DNA from: Heptranchias perlo
Lineage: Eukaryota
Reading direction: 5' to 3'
Assembly: GCF_035084215.1 (NCBI RefSeq)
Contig: NC_090363.1
Span: 13,268,001-13,332,000, forward strand
DNA: 64,000 nt
The notes below the pieces were generated by a model. That model saw only the letters and a program-made list of their open reading frames with translations, made no database searches and had not been told where the DNA came from. Shown one piece after another: positions 22,668 through 35,419 of this stretch (the first letter of the stretch is position 1; each line of letters opens with the position of its first letter). The position numbers were made by a program, and so were the translations under genes.

Positions 22668-25600
22668 ACATACAGCCCCTCGAGCCTGCTCCGCCATTCA
22701 ATAAGATCATGGCTGATCTTCGACCTCAACTCCACTTTCCCGCCCGATCCCCATATCCCTTGATTTCCTTAGAGTCCAAAATTTTATCTATCTCAGCCTT
22801 GAATATATTCAGTGACTCAGCATCCACAGCCCTCTCAGGTAGAGAATTCCAAAGATTCACAACCCTCTGAGTGAAGAAATTCCTCCTCATCTCAGTCCTA
22901 AATGGCCGACCCCTTATCCTGAGACTATGCCCCCTCCAGCCAGGGGAAACAGTCTCTCAGCATCTACCCTGTCAAGCCCCCTCAGAATCTTTTATTTTTC
23001 AATGAGATCACTTCTCATTCTTCTAAACTCCAGAGAGTATAGGTCAGTCCTTCTCAGTCTCTCCTCATAGGACAATCCTCTCATTTCCAGGAATTAATCT
23101 AGTGAACCTTCATTGCACCTACTCCAAAGCAAGTATATCCTTCCTTAGATAAGGAGACCAAAACTGTACACAGTATTCCAGGTGAGATCTCACCAAAGTC
23201 CTGTACAATTGTAGCAAGACTTCCTTACTCTTTACTCCAACCCCCTTGCAATAAAGGCCAACATACCATTTGCCTTCCTAATTGCTCGCTGAACCTGCAT
23301 GTTAACTTTCTGTGTTTCGTGGACAAGGACATCCAAATCCCTCCGAACACCAACATTAATAGTTTCTCACCATTTAAAAACTATTCTGTTTTTTTATTCT
23401 TCCTACCAAAGTGAATAACCTCACATTTCCCCACATTATATTCCATCTGCCACCTCCTTGCCCTCTCACTTAATCTGTCTGTATCCCTTTGCAGACTCTT
23501 TGCATCCTCCTCACAGCTCACTTTCCCACCTAGCTTTGTATCCTCAGCAAACTTGGATACATTACACTCGGTTCCTTCATCTAAGTCATTAATATAGATT
23601 GTAAATAGCTGAGGCCCAAGCACCAATCCTTGTGGCACCCCACTAGTTACAGCCTGCCACCCTGAAAATGACCTGTTTATCCCTACTTGCTGTTTTCTGT
23701 CCGTTAACCAATCCTCTATCCATGCTAATATATTACCCCCAACCCCATGAGCCCTTATCTTGTGTAACAACCTTTTGTGTGGCACCTTATCGAATGCCTT
23801 TTGAAAATCCAAATATACTACATCCACTGGTTCCCCTTTATCTACCCTGCTCGTTACATCCTCAAAAAACTCTTAATAGATTTGTCAACACGATTTCCCT
23901 TTCATAAAACCATGTTGACTCTGCCTAATATGATTTTCTAAGTACCCTGTTACCACTTCCTTTACCAATAATGGATTCCAGCGTTTTCCCGACGACTGAT
24001 GTCAGGCTAACTGGCCTGTACGTAAGAACATAAGAAATAGGAGCAGGAATAGGCCATATGGCCCCTCGAACCTGCTCCTTCATTCACTAAGATCATGGCT
24101 GATCTTCGACCTGAACTTCACTTTCCCGCCCGATCCCCATATCCCTTGATTCCCCTAGAGTCCAAAAATGTATCTATCTCAGCCTTGAATATCCTCAACG
24201 ACTGAGGTGGAGAATTCCAAAGATTCACAACCCTCTGAGTGAAGAAATTCCTTCTCATCTCAGACTTAAATGGCTGACCCCTTATCCTGAGACTATGCTC
24301 CCTAGTTCTAGACTCTCCAACCTCTCAATATCTACCCTGTCAAGCCCTCTCAGAATCTTATATGTTTCAACGAGGTCACCTCTCATTTTTCTAAACTCCA
24401 GAGAGTAGAGGCCCATTCTACTCAATCTCTCCTCATAGAACAACCCTCTCATTCCTGTAGTTCCCTGTTTTCTCTCTCCCTCCTTTCTTGAATAGCGGGG
24501 TTACATTTGCCACCTTCCAATCCACTGGGACCGTTAAAGAATCTAGGGAATTTCGGAAGATCAGAACCAATGCAACCACTATCTCTACAGCCACCTCTTT
24601 TAGAACCCTAGGATGTAGGCCATCAGGTCCAGGGGATTTATCGGCTTTTAGTCCCATTAATTTCTCCAGTACCTTTTCTTTACTAATATTAATTAATTTA
24701 AGTTCCTCACTCTCAGGCCCATTTAGTTCCCCACTATTTCTGGTTTGCTTTTTGTGTCTTCTACTGTGAAGACAAATACAAAATATTTGTTTAACATCTC
24801 TGCCATTCCTTCCCCATTATAATTTCTCCTGTCTCAGCCTCCAAGTAACCCATGTTTACTTTCGCTAATCTCTTCCTTTTTACGTACTTGTAGAAGCTCT
24901 GACAATCTGTTTTTATATTTCTTGCTAGTTTACTCTCATATTCTATTTTCTCCCTTTTTATGAGTTTTTGGTCATCCTTTGCTGGTTTCTAAAACTCTCC
25001 CAATCCTCAGGCTTACTACTATTCTTCACATCATTATAGGCCTCTTCTTTTAATCCAATACTCTCCTTAACTTCTTTAGTTAGCCACGGATAGATCACTT
25101 TTCCGCTGGAGTTTTTATTTCCCAGTGGAATCATAGAATCATGGAAGTTTACAACATGGAAACAGGCCCTTCGGCTCAACATGTCCATGTCGCACAGTTT
25201 ATACCACTAAGCTAGTCCCAATTTCCTGCACTTGGCCCATATCCCTCTATACCCATCTTACCCATGTAACTGTCCAAATGCTTTTTAAAAGACAAAATTG
25301 TACCCGCCTCTACTACTGCCTCTGGCAGCTCGTTCCAGACACTCACCACCCTTTGAGTGAAAAAATTGCCCCTCTGGACCCTTTTGTATCTCTCCCCTCT
25401 CACCTTAAATCTATGTCCCCTCGTTATAGACGCCCCTACCTTTGGGAAAAGATTTTGACTATCTACCTTATCTATGCCCCTCATTATTTTGTAGACTTCT
25501 ATAAGACCACCCCTTAACCTCCTACTCTCCAGGGAAAAAAGTCCCAGTCTATCTAACCTCTCCCTATAAGTCAAACCATCAAGTCCCGGTAGCATCCTAG

Positions 25601-26322
25601 TAAATCTTTTCTGCACTCTTTCTAGTTTAATAATATCCTTTCTATAATAGGGTGACCAGAACTGTACACAGTATTCCAAGTGTGGCCTTACTAATGTCTT
25701 GTACAACTTCAACAAGACATCCCAACTCCTGTATTCAATGTTCTGACCAATGAAACCAAGCATGCCGAATGCCTTCTTCACCACCCTATCCACCTGTGAC
25801 TCCACTTTCAAGGAGCTACGAACCTGTACTCCTAGATCTCTTTGTTCTATAACTCTCCCCAACGCCCTACCATTAACGGAGTAGGTCCTGGCCCGATTCG
25901 ATCTACCAAAATGCATCACCTCACATTTATCTAAATTAAACTCCATCTGCCATTCATCGGCCCACTGGCCCAATTTATCAAGATACCGTTGCAATCCTAG
26001 ATAACCTTCTTCACTGTCCACAATGCCACCAATCTTGGTGTCATCTGCAAACTTACTAACCATGCCTCCTAAATTCTCATCCAAATCATTAATATAAATA
26101 ACAAATAACAGCGGACCCAGCACCGATCCCTGAGGCACACCGCTGGACACAGGCCTCCAGTTTGAAAAACAACCCTCTACAACCACCCTCTGTCTTCTGT
26201 CGTCAAGCCAATTTTGTATCCAATTGCCTACCTCACCTTGGATCCCGTGAGATTTAACCTTATGTAACAACCTACCATGCGGTACCTTGAATGTATGTTC
26301 ATTGAGAATATTTCTTTAAATG
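22668..26322 (-). mobile_element. Nested CR1 complex: host CR1 with inserts at 24021-24453 and 25132-26288
   Basis: RT motifs YLDFQKAFDKVPH, GVPQG, FADD; flanking duplications cctgta (24015/24454) and gaat (25128/26289). Confidence 0.85.
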
Positions 26323-26438
26323 TGGAGTTGAGGTCGAAGATCAGCCACGATTTGATTGAATGGCGGCACAGGCTCGAGGGGCCGAATGGCCTACTCCTGC
26401 TCCTATTTCTTATGTTATCACTGTCTCTCTTGCTGCAG

Positions 26439-26523
26439 GTATGGAATCAGATGCAACACCATCCTCCCAGGATTCATCGACACACCAATGGCGGCTAAAG
26501 TCCCTCAGAAGGTGCTGGATATG
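26439..26523 (+). CDS. HSD17B8: HSD17B8 exon 6
   Basis: [28 protein letters not shown], |gtaag. Confidence 0.93.
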
Positions 26524-26659
26524 GTAAGACCAGATCCCAGTGTAAACGTACAGTGTAAACATTGTCTAGATTGTATTTCAGGATTTTTGAAAGACGTTTC
26601 CCTCTCCATGTTTTCCTGTTTCTCTCCCCTCCTTCCCTATAAGTACTAACTCGCACAGA

Positions 26660-26950
26660 GGACGGTTCCGGGGGTCACTCCCGCGGGGGACGGTTCCGGG
26701 GGTCACTCCCGCGGGGGACGGTTCCAGGGGTCACTCCCGCGGGGGACGGTTCCAGGGGTCACTCCCGCGGGGGACGGTTCCAGGGGTCACTCCCGCGGGG
26801 GACGGTTCCAGGGGTCACTCCCGCGGGGGACGGTTCCAGGGGTCACTCCCGCGGGGGACGGTTCCAGGGGTCACTCCCGCGGGGGACGGTTCCAGGGGTC
26901 ACTCCCGCGGGGGACGGTTCCAGGGGTCACTCCCGCGGGGGACGGCCCCG
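26660..26950. repeat. 28-bp CpG-rich minisatellite, about 10 copies
   Basis: unit gggggacggttccaggggtcactcccgc. Confidence 0.95.
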
Positions 26951-27187
26951 GGGCCTCGCCCTCGCCCTCGCGGGGGACGGCCCGGCCCCGGGGCTCACTC
27001 ACACCGGATACTGTTCCACGAGGACCGAGCGCCTTTAACCAAATGGCTATTCTTGATCTGAGTCAGGCAGTGAGTATTTTCAGGGTTACTGGGTAGCGAT
27101 TACGAGCAGGATTTGGTTTTTTTTCTCTGCCCTTTATTTGAGGCCATGAAATGAGTGCACCCTGGGCATCGAGCCTGGGATCTTACA

Positions 27188-28545
27188 ATCATAGAAAGTT
27201 ACGGTACAGAAGGAGTCCATTCGGCCCATCATGTCCACGCCGGCCGCAAAAGAGCCATTCAGCTCAATCCTACTTTCCAGCACTTGGTCCGTAGCCCTGT
27301 AGGTTACGGCACTTCAAGCGCACGTCCAAGTACTTTTTAAATGAGTTGAGGGTTTCTGCCTCTATCACCCTCTCGGGCAGTGAGTTCCAGACCCCCACCA
27401 CCCTCCGGGTGAAAAAAATTCTCCTCAGCTCCCCTCTAATCCTTCAACCAATTACTTGATATCTAGGCCCCCTGGTCACTGAGCTTTCTGCTAAGGGAAA
27501 TAGGTCCTCCCTATCCACTCTATCTGGTCCCATCGTAATTTTATACACCTCAATTAAATCTCTCCTCAGCATCCTCTGTTCCACAGAAAACAACCTCAGC
27601 CTATCCAATCTTTTCTCATAGCTGCAATTCTCCTGTCCTGGCAACATCCTTGTACATCTCTTCTGTACCCTGTCTAGTGCAATCACATCTTTCCTGTAAT
27701 GTGGTGACCAGAACTGTACACAGAACTCAAGTTGTGGCCTAACTAGTATTTTATACAGTTCCAGCATAACCTCCCTGTCCTTCATATTCTTTGCCTCGGC
27801 TAATAAAGGAAAGTATCCCGTATGCCTTTTTAACCACCTTATCTACCTGTCCTGCTCCCTTCAAGGATCCGTGGACATGCTCTCCAAGGTTCCTTTGTTC
27901 CTCTCAGTATCCTCCCATTTATTGTGTATTCCCTTGTCTTGTTTGCCCTCCACAAATACATTACCTCACACTTCTCCGGATTGAATTCCATTTGGCACTT
28001 TTCTGCCCACCTGACCAGTCCATTGATATCTTCCTGCAGTCTACAGCTTTCCTCCTCACTATCCAACCACATGGCCAATTTTTGTATCATCTGCAAACTT
28101 CTTGATCAAGCCCCCCAACATTCAAGTCCAAATCATTAATATATAACCACAAAAAACAAGGGACCCAGTACTGAGCCCTGCAGAACCCCACTGGAAACAG
28201 CCTTCCAGTCACAAAAACACCCATCAATCATTACCCTTTGCTTCCTGCCACTGAGCCAATTTTGGATCCAACTTGCCACTTTCCCTTGGATCCCAGGGCT
28301 TTTATTTTTTTGACCAGTCTGCCATGTGGGACCTTGTAAAAAGCCTTGCTAAAATCCATGTAGACTACATCAAACGTTACATTACTCTCATTGACCCTCC
28401 TTGTTACTGCCTCAAAAAATTCAATCAAGTTAGTCAGACACGACCTTCCCTTAACAAATCCATGCTGACTGTTCTTGATTAACCCGTGCCTTTCAAAATG
28501 TCGATTTATGCTGTCCCTCAGAATTGATTCCAATAATTTGCCCCT
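27188..28545 (-). mobile_element. CR1 LINE fragment (RT to 3' end), frameshifted
   Basis: SQHGFVKGRSCLTNL, YMDFSKAF, LVRPQLEFCVQFWSP. Confidence 0.9.
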
Positions 28546-29689
28546 TGTGGTACATTTGGCTCAGTGCTACCCCACGCAGAAACACTTGTTAATAACCGTA
28601 CCTGTTAATATAAAGCGAGGGGCTCGACTCACATTGTTACATTGGTAACTAACAGGTTGGTATTTTGGGCAGGTCAGGATATGTCCCAGTAATCTGCTGC
28701 TGCTGTACACACTGGGTATAGACTTTGATACCCCACAGTTTGGCAGGAGTAGGTTATTGATTGCCGTGTCAGGGACTGAGTAGGTTTGCATTAGGCTAGG
28801 ACGGTGTATAGCACAAGAAATATTTCCCTCATGCCTGAGCGAGGCCTCTCTATGAACCAGAAGTATGTGCCCAGTATGTGGTAATGTAACGAGCTGAGTG
28901 GGTCCAACACAAACACATATCACTGTATTTACTTTACTGGATTTGTCACCAGCCCTACAATGTTCTCCTGGACTTTGTGCACATGAAAGCAGTAAAATAT
29001 TAACACTAAACTAGGGAACAGGTTTATTCTTGGTTAATTTCCCGTGGCATTGCACACAGGAAGTGGGCCAAGTGTAATCTTCAAGTGAAGTGGGGTTAGA
29101 GGGCAGGGGTTAACTGGACCCACGATGTGCAGAAGTCTTTCAACCTCCCTTTTAAAATGATACATTCTGTCCTTATTTTTATATTTCCATTACAAATTCC
29201 CATGTTCACGGTCATAATGGGAAGGCCCTATGTAAACAGGTCACGCTGTAATTGCACCCTCCCACCAACATTGGCGCTGTAGTTCGGCTAGCTGTGTTAC
29301 CTGAGTTGATGGCTTTCACCCGGTCCCAGTCCGGTTCAAATATATTCATCACTCAGCCGGTCGGTCTGCTCAATCCTGGTGAGTTTGGTACCTCAGTTGC
29401 GTAAAGTCTGTACCCAGCCAGGGTGCCAAGGTTGCCCAGATTGTATAGACCGACTCCCTCACAGATAGGCATCAGGGAGCACCCTCTGGTCAAATCAATG
29501 CTGATGAGTTTGCAGTTAACCATTACTAACACCTAAAAGCCACCTGGTGCCATGATAAATGGATGAGTCTGTGCTTGTCTGTGGGCCTGGCCGAGCTGTT
29601 TCTAACCGCACCTAACGTGGGCTCTGACTCAACCCAGACAATCACACAAGTCGCCTTTCATAAATACATATCAAAACATGTATCGACTG

Positions 29690-30005
29690 CTCCCTCTCTC
29701 TGTAACCTCCTCCAGCCCTCCGAGATCTCTGCGTGCCTCTTGTCCATCCCCGATTTTCATCGCTCCACCATTGGCGGCCGTGGCCTTCAGCCGCCCAGGC
29801 CCTAAGCTCTGGAATCCCCTCCCTAAACCTCCCCGCCTCTCTCTCCTCCTTTTAAGACGCTCCTTAAAACCTACCTCTTTGACCGAGCTTTTGGTCACCT
29901 AATGTCTCCTTGTGTGGCTCGGTGTCAAATTTTGCCCGATAATCGCTGCTGTGAAGCACCTCGGGACGTTTTAGTACGTTAAAGGCGCTATATAAATGCA
30001 AAGTT
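29690..30005 (+). mobile_element. L2 LINE 3' end
   Basis: same family as 16565-17035. Confidence 0.8.
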
Positions 30006-30208
30006 GTGGCATCAGGCTCACCTGCGATGCCTCCTGTGGCCGAATTGCCTACTGACATTCACTGTCAAGGCTCACACGTGAAGAACAGCCCACCTGGACT
30101 GCACGGCAGCACCCCCAGCACTGGGAGACAATTAGAGGCCGAAGGTAAGCCTGATCGATTTGCAGTGCATTATTTATGGAATATAATTCTTTCCCCCCCC
30201 CCCTCCAG

Positions 30209-30251
30209 ATTTTGCAGCTGGTGCCCATGGGACGTCTGGGAGACCCCGACG
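30209..30251 (+). CDS. HSD17B8: HSD17B8 exon 7
   Basis: ILQLVPMGRLGDPD, 43 bp, |gtgagt. Confidence 0.9.
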
Positions 30252-30396
30252 GTGAGTAAGACTGCTTACTGGATTCCTTCATGTGCAGCAGAGCCTCTGG
30301 AAAACAAACCTCTGAGGGGGGAGTGGGGGGCTGGTGTATTTCGAGGGTGGTACTTGTTCCCCTGGGACCCCAGTGGGAGGCCCATCTCTGTCACAG

Positions 30397-31000
30397 AAAT
30401 CATAGAAAATTTGGGGCACAGAAGGAGGCCATTCGGCCCATCGTGTCCACGTCGGCCGAAAATGAGCCACCCAACCTAATCCCACTTTCCAGCACTTGGT
30501 CCGTAGCCCTGTAGGTTACGGCACTTCAAGTGCACGTCCAAGTACTTTTAAAATGCGATGAGGGTTTCTGCCTCTACCACCCTTTCAGGCAGTGAGTTCC
30601 AGGCCCCCACCACCCTCTGGGTGAAAACATTTTTCCTCAGCTCCCCTCTAATCCTTCTACCAATCACTTTAAATCTATGCCCCCTGGTTATTGACCTCTC
30701 TGCTAAGGGAAGTAGGTCCTTCCTGTCCACTCTATCGAGGCCCCTCATAATTTTATATACCTCAATTAAATCTTCCCTCAGCCTCCTCCGTTCCAAAGAA
30801 AACAACCCCAGCCTATCCAATCTTTCCTCATAGCTAAAATTCTCCAGTCCTGGCAACATCATCATAAATCTCCTCTGTATCCTCTCTGGTGCAATCACAT
30901 CTTTCCTGTAATGTGGTGACCAGAACTGTACACAGTACTCAAGCTGTGGCCTAACCAGTGTTTTATACAGTTTGAGCATAACCTCCCTGTCCTTATATTC
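30397..31000 (-). mobile_element. CR1 LINE 3' fragment
   Basis: LYKTLVRPQLEYCVQFWSP. Confidence 0.9.
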
Positions 31001-31019
31001 GCCGTCACCGTATTTAAAG

Positions 31020-31325
31020 AAAGAACTTGCATTTATATAGCGCCTTTCACGACCTCAGGACGTCCCGAAACGCTTTACAGCCAATGAAGTACTTTTTGAA
31101 GTGTAGTCACTGTTGTAATGTTGGAAACGCGGCAGCCAATTTGCGCACAGCAAGATCCCACAAACAGCAATGTGATAAATCACCAGATAATCTGTTTTAG
31201 TGATGTTGGTTGAGAAGCAGATATTGGGTTGGGAGAACTCCCCTGCTCTTCTTCGAATAGTGGCCGTGGGATCTATTACATCCATCTGAGAGGGGCAGAC
31301 GGGGCCTCGGTTTAACATCTCATCC
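31020..31325 (-). mobile_element. Deu SINE 3' part
   Basis: reverse complement of SINE body and tail. Confidence 0.8.
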
Positions 31326-31549
31326 AATGATTCTCCCATCCCTCCTCTCCCGGAGGAGCTGACTCTGGCTGGGTAGAGCTGCTATCCTCTGGTATCTACC
31401 CACATCTTGAAACGGAAATGCTACTTGTGAGTGAAAGTCTGTTCATGGAGCTCTCAAACCCTGGAGGAAATAAACTCCTGCTGCTGCAGTCTACGCAAAG
31501 ATAAGTGCTGAGCAGTTACAGTCAGCTTCAGCACCTCTCCGAAAGAAAG

Positions 31550-32020
31550 TGTCAGCCGTGGCTCAGTGGGCAGCACTCTCGCCTCGGAGTCAGCAGGACG
31601 TGGGTTCGAGTCCCCGCTCCACAGACTTGAGCACAGAATCCGGGCCGACACTCCCAGCGCAGTACTGAGGGAGGTGCTGCACTGTCGGAGGTGCCGTCTT
31701 TCGGATGAGACGTTAAACCGAGGCCCCGTCTGCCCCTCTCTGCTGGACGTAAAAGATCCCACGGCCACTATTCGAAGAAGATCGGGGGGAGTTCTCCCCT
31801 GTGTCGTGGCCGATATTTATCCCTCAACCAACATCGCTAAAACAGATGATCTGGTCATTATCACGTTGCTGTCTGTGGGAGCTTGCTGTGCACAAATTGG
31901 CTGCCGCGTTTCCTACATTACAACAGTGACTGCGCTTTGAAAGTTCTTCATTGGCTGTAAAGTGCTTTGGGATGTCCTGAGGTCGTAGGTCGTGAAAGGC
32001 GCTATATAAATGCAAGTCCT
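31550..32020 (+). mobile_element. Deu SINE, full length
   Basis: A box, B box ggttcgagtcc, tail aaggcgctatataaatgcaag. Confidence 0.85.
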
Positions 32021-32718
32021 TCCTCTTTCTTTCTGGATTAAGGAGATGTAAAAAAAAATCAGCCACTCCCGATCGCTATCCAGTGACCCCTGCCAGAAAG
32101 TGCGCCCCTGGGGCCGGAGGTCGCAGAAAACAGCATGGGGGTTGGCTGCGATGCCTTCTTTGGTCGAATAGCCTGCTGAAGCGTTCACAGGGTCGCCTGT
32201 GAAGAATGGCCTTTAGGACGAGTTACTGGAGGGTGTCTGGCAACTGTGGAAGCTGTAGCCTAGCAAGGAGGGGAGGGCAGAAAAAGAAATAAGTGGGGTG
32301 GGGGGGGGGGGGGAAGAAAAGAGATTGGAAAGCAAAACAGCTGACTGGTTAATGGCCTCTGCCGGGATCAGTGCCTCGCTGTAAATGGAGAGAGTGACAG
32401 GGATAATACTACAGACTGTTAGCCAGGGATTGTTCTGCAGAGAAGGTTAAGGGAATTGGATAAATACTTGAAGGGGAAAAAATTTGTCGGGTTATGGGGA
32501 AAGAGCAGAGGAATGGGACTAATTGGATAGCTCTTTCAAAGGGCCAGCACAGGCGCGATGGGCCGAATGGCCTCTTTCTGTTCTGTACGATTCTACGACA
32601 CTTGAATGGTGTATCTACACTGCTGCTGTTTCTCCTGTAAGTGTATGTAGCGCCATAGGTCAATGTTAAACTAGCACCTTGTCCTGTCTGTGGTCACTAA
32701 CTCTGTATCCCTCCGCAG

Positions 32719-32793
32719 AGGTGGCCAATGTCTGTGCCTTCTTGGCCTCCGACGACAGCAGCTATATCACAGGAGCCAGCCTGGAGGTGACAG
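32719..32793 (+). CDS. HSD17B8: HSD17B8 exon 8
   Basis: EVANVCAFLASDDSSYITGASLEVT, |gtaag. Confidence 0.93.
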
Positions 32794-34310
32794 GTAAGAA
32801 TCACCTGGGGGTGAGGGGTAAGAGAGACACCTGGTCCTGTCCTGGGAGTGATGATAAGAGAGACACCTGGTCCTCTCAGTCCTGGGGGGTGATGGTGAGA
32901 GAGACACCTGGTCCTCTCAGTCCTGGGGGTGATGGTGAGAGAGACACCTGGTCCTCTCAGTCCTGGGGGTGATGGTGAGAGAGACACCTGGTCCTCTCAG
33001 TCCTGGGGGTGAGGGGTAAGAGACACCTGGTCCTCTCAGTCCTGGGGGTGAGGGGTAAGAGACACCTGGCCCTCTCAGTCCTGGGGGTGATGGTGAGAGA
33101 GACACCTGGTCCTCACAGTCCTGGGGGTGATGGTGAGAGAGACACCTGGTCCTCTCAGTCCTGGGGGTGAGGGGTAAGAGACACCTGGTCCTCTCAGTCC
33201 TGGGGGTGAGGGGTAAGAGACACCTGGTCCTCTCAGTCCTGGGGGTGAGGGGTAAGAGACACCTGGTCCTCACAGTCCTGGGGGTGAGGGGTAAGAGACA
33301 CCTGGTCCTCACAGTCCTGGGGGTGAGGGGTAAGAGACACCTGGCCCTCTCAGTCCTGGAGGTGAGGGGTAAGAGAGACACCTGGTCCTCTCAGTCCTGG
33401 GGGTGAGGGGTAAGAGACACCTGGTCCTCTCAGTCCTGGGGGTGAGGGGTAAGAGACACCTGGTCCTCTCAGTCCTGGGGGTGAGGGGTAAGAGACACCT
33501 GGTCCTCTCAGTCCTGGGGGTGAGGGGTAAGAGACACCTGGTCCTCTCAGTCCTGGGGGTGAGGGGTAAGAGACACCTGGTCCTCTCAGTCCTGGGGGTG
33601 ATGGTGAGAGAGACACCTGGTCCTCACAGTCCTGGGGGTGAGGGGTAAGAGACACCTGGCCCTCTCAGTCCTGGAGGTGAGGGGTAAGAGAGACACCTGG
33701 TCCTCTCAGTCCTGGGGGTGAGGGGTAAGAGACACCTGGTCCTCTCAGTCCTGGGGGTGAGGGGTAAGAGACACCTGGTCCTCTCAGTCCTGGGGGTGAG
33801 GGGTAAGAGACACCTGGTCCTCTCAGTCCTGGGGGTGAGGGGTAAGAGACACCTGGTCCTCTCAGTCCTGGGGGTGAGGGGTAAGAGACACCTGGTCCTC
33901 TCAGTCCTGGGGGTGAGGGGTAAGAGACACCTGGTCCTCTCAGTCCTGGAGGTGAGGGGTAAGAGAGACACCTGGTCCCCTCAGTCCTGGGGGTGAGGGG
34001 TAAGAGACACCTGGTCCTCTCAGTCCTGGGGGTGAGGGGTAAGAGACACCTGGTCCTCTCAGTCCTGGGGGTGAGGGGTAAGAGACACCTGGTCCTCTCA
34101 GTCCTGGGGGTGACGGTGAGAGAGACACCTGGTCCTCTCAGTCCTGGGGGTGAGGGGTAAGAGACACCTGGTCCTCTCAGTCCTGGGGGTGAGGGGTAAG
34201 AGACACCTGGTCCTCTCAGTCCTGGGGGTGAGGGGTAAGAGACACCTGGTCCTCTCAGTCCTGGGGGTGAGGGGTAAGAGAGGCTTCTGGTCCTGCCAGT
34301 CCTGGGGGTG
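32794..34310. repeat. About 39-bp G-rich minisatellite, about 38 copies
   Basis: unit ggggtgaggggtaagagacacctggtcctctcagtcctg, begins at the exon 8 donor. Confidence 0.95.
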
Positions 34311-35419
34311 ACGGCAGGCCGGGGGGTCGAAGAACATCTCATTCAAGCAGACCAGAGTGTCTCGCAGTCAGGCCTTTCTGCTGGGCCATGGCTCTCAGGG
34401 AGCTGTAAGAGTGTTGTGGCCACAGAGTTTTGCTTCCTCACTAATCTTTCCCTCCTCTCCTGAAGACACGGACTTGTGACGAGGCCACTCACCAAAGTGG
34501 CCATTCTTCATGTGTGAGTCTAGCCACTCAGTGTGGACAGGCTATTCCATTATTGAGGCATCACAGCCAAGACCCAGCCTCACCTAAGCAATAATCAGAG
34601 GTCAACAACTGTGTGTGGACCCGAGGCCCACCTACTGATTGTAAAAAAAAAAGATATATTTTTATATTATTTTAATCAGAATTGGTTTAAACTGTGTGCT
34701 CGCCAGTCCTATCTTTTGATCACGCTGACACTGATTATATTGGAGAAGGATGAACAGAATTTCATGGCCAAAGACATTGTACTCTGTAAGGACAGGTACG
34801 TATAGATTATTAAATAGAATAAGCTAATTTGCCTCAGATAGAATTACATAATATTGAGCTAAATTAAAACACGCTGGAGAGAAGGACACACTCAGAGCTG
34901 AAAGGGACGGGCTCTTATCACAGCTGGGGGAAGTGTGTTGAAGGAATTTCGATAGCCAGTGTGGATAAGAGAATACGTTTCCTTTGGGGTAAAGATTGGA
35001 AGGGATGAGACGTCAAAAGCGAACACGAGAAAGGATAACAGCAAACGTGTCAACAGGACACACACAGGGAGGGAGGGACGATTTCTCATCCCCACATTTG
35101 CCCTACGTAACGAAACACACAAGAATACAACGTTCTGAAACTCAAGAGTTAAAAAAAGGGAACTCTCCACTCTCCACTTTCTGAGGCTAGCAGAAACGAT
35201 ATCTCCTGGGTATGGGAGTATAATTGGGACCTTTATCTCATATACACTGCATTAAGGGGTTATATTTTACTATCTCATTAATACTCTTAATTAAAGCAAG
35301 TCAATCCGACATTTTCAGTGTTTCCCCACTCCTCAAATTTGTATTAGCGATAAAGAATATGTGGCAATATCCTAGAATATAATACAAGGGCAATAGGGAT
35401 ATATGACAATATCCCAGAA

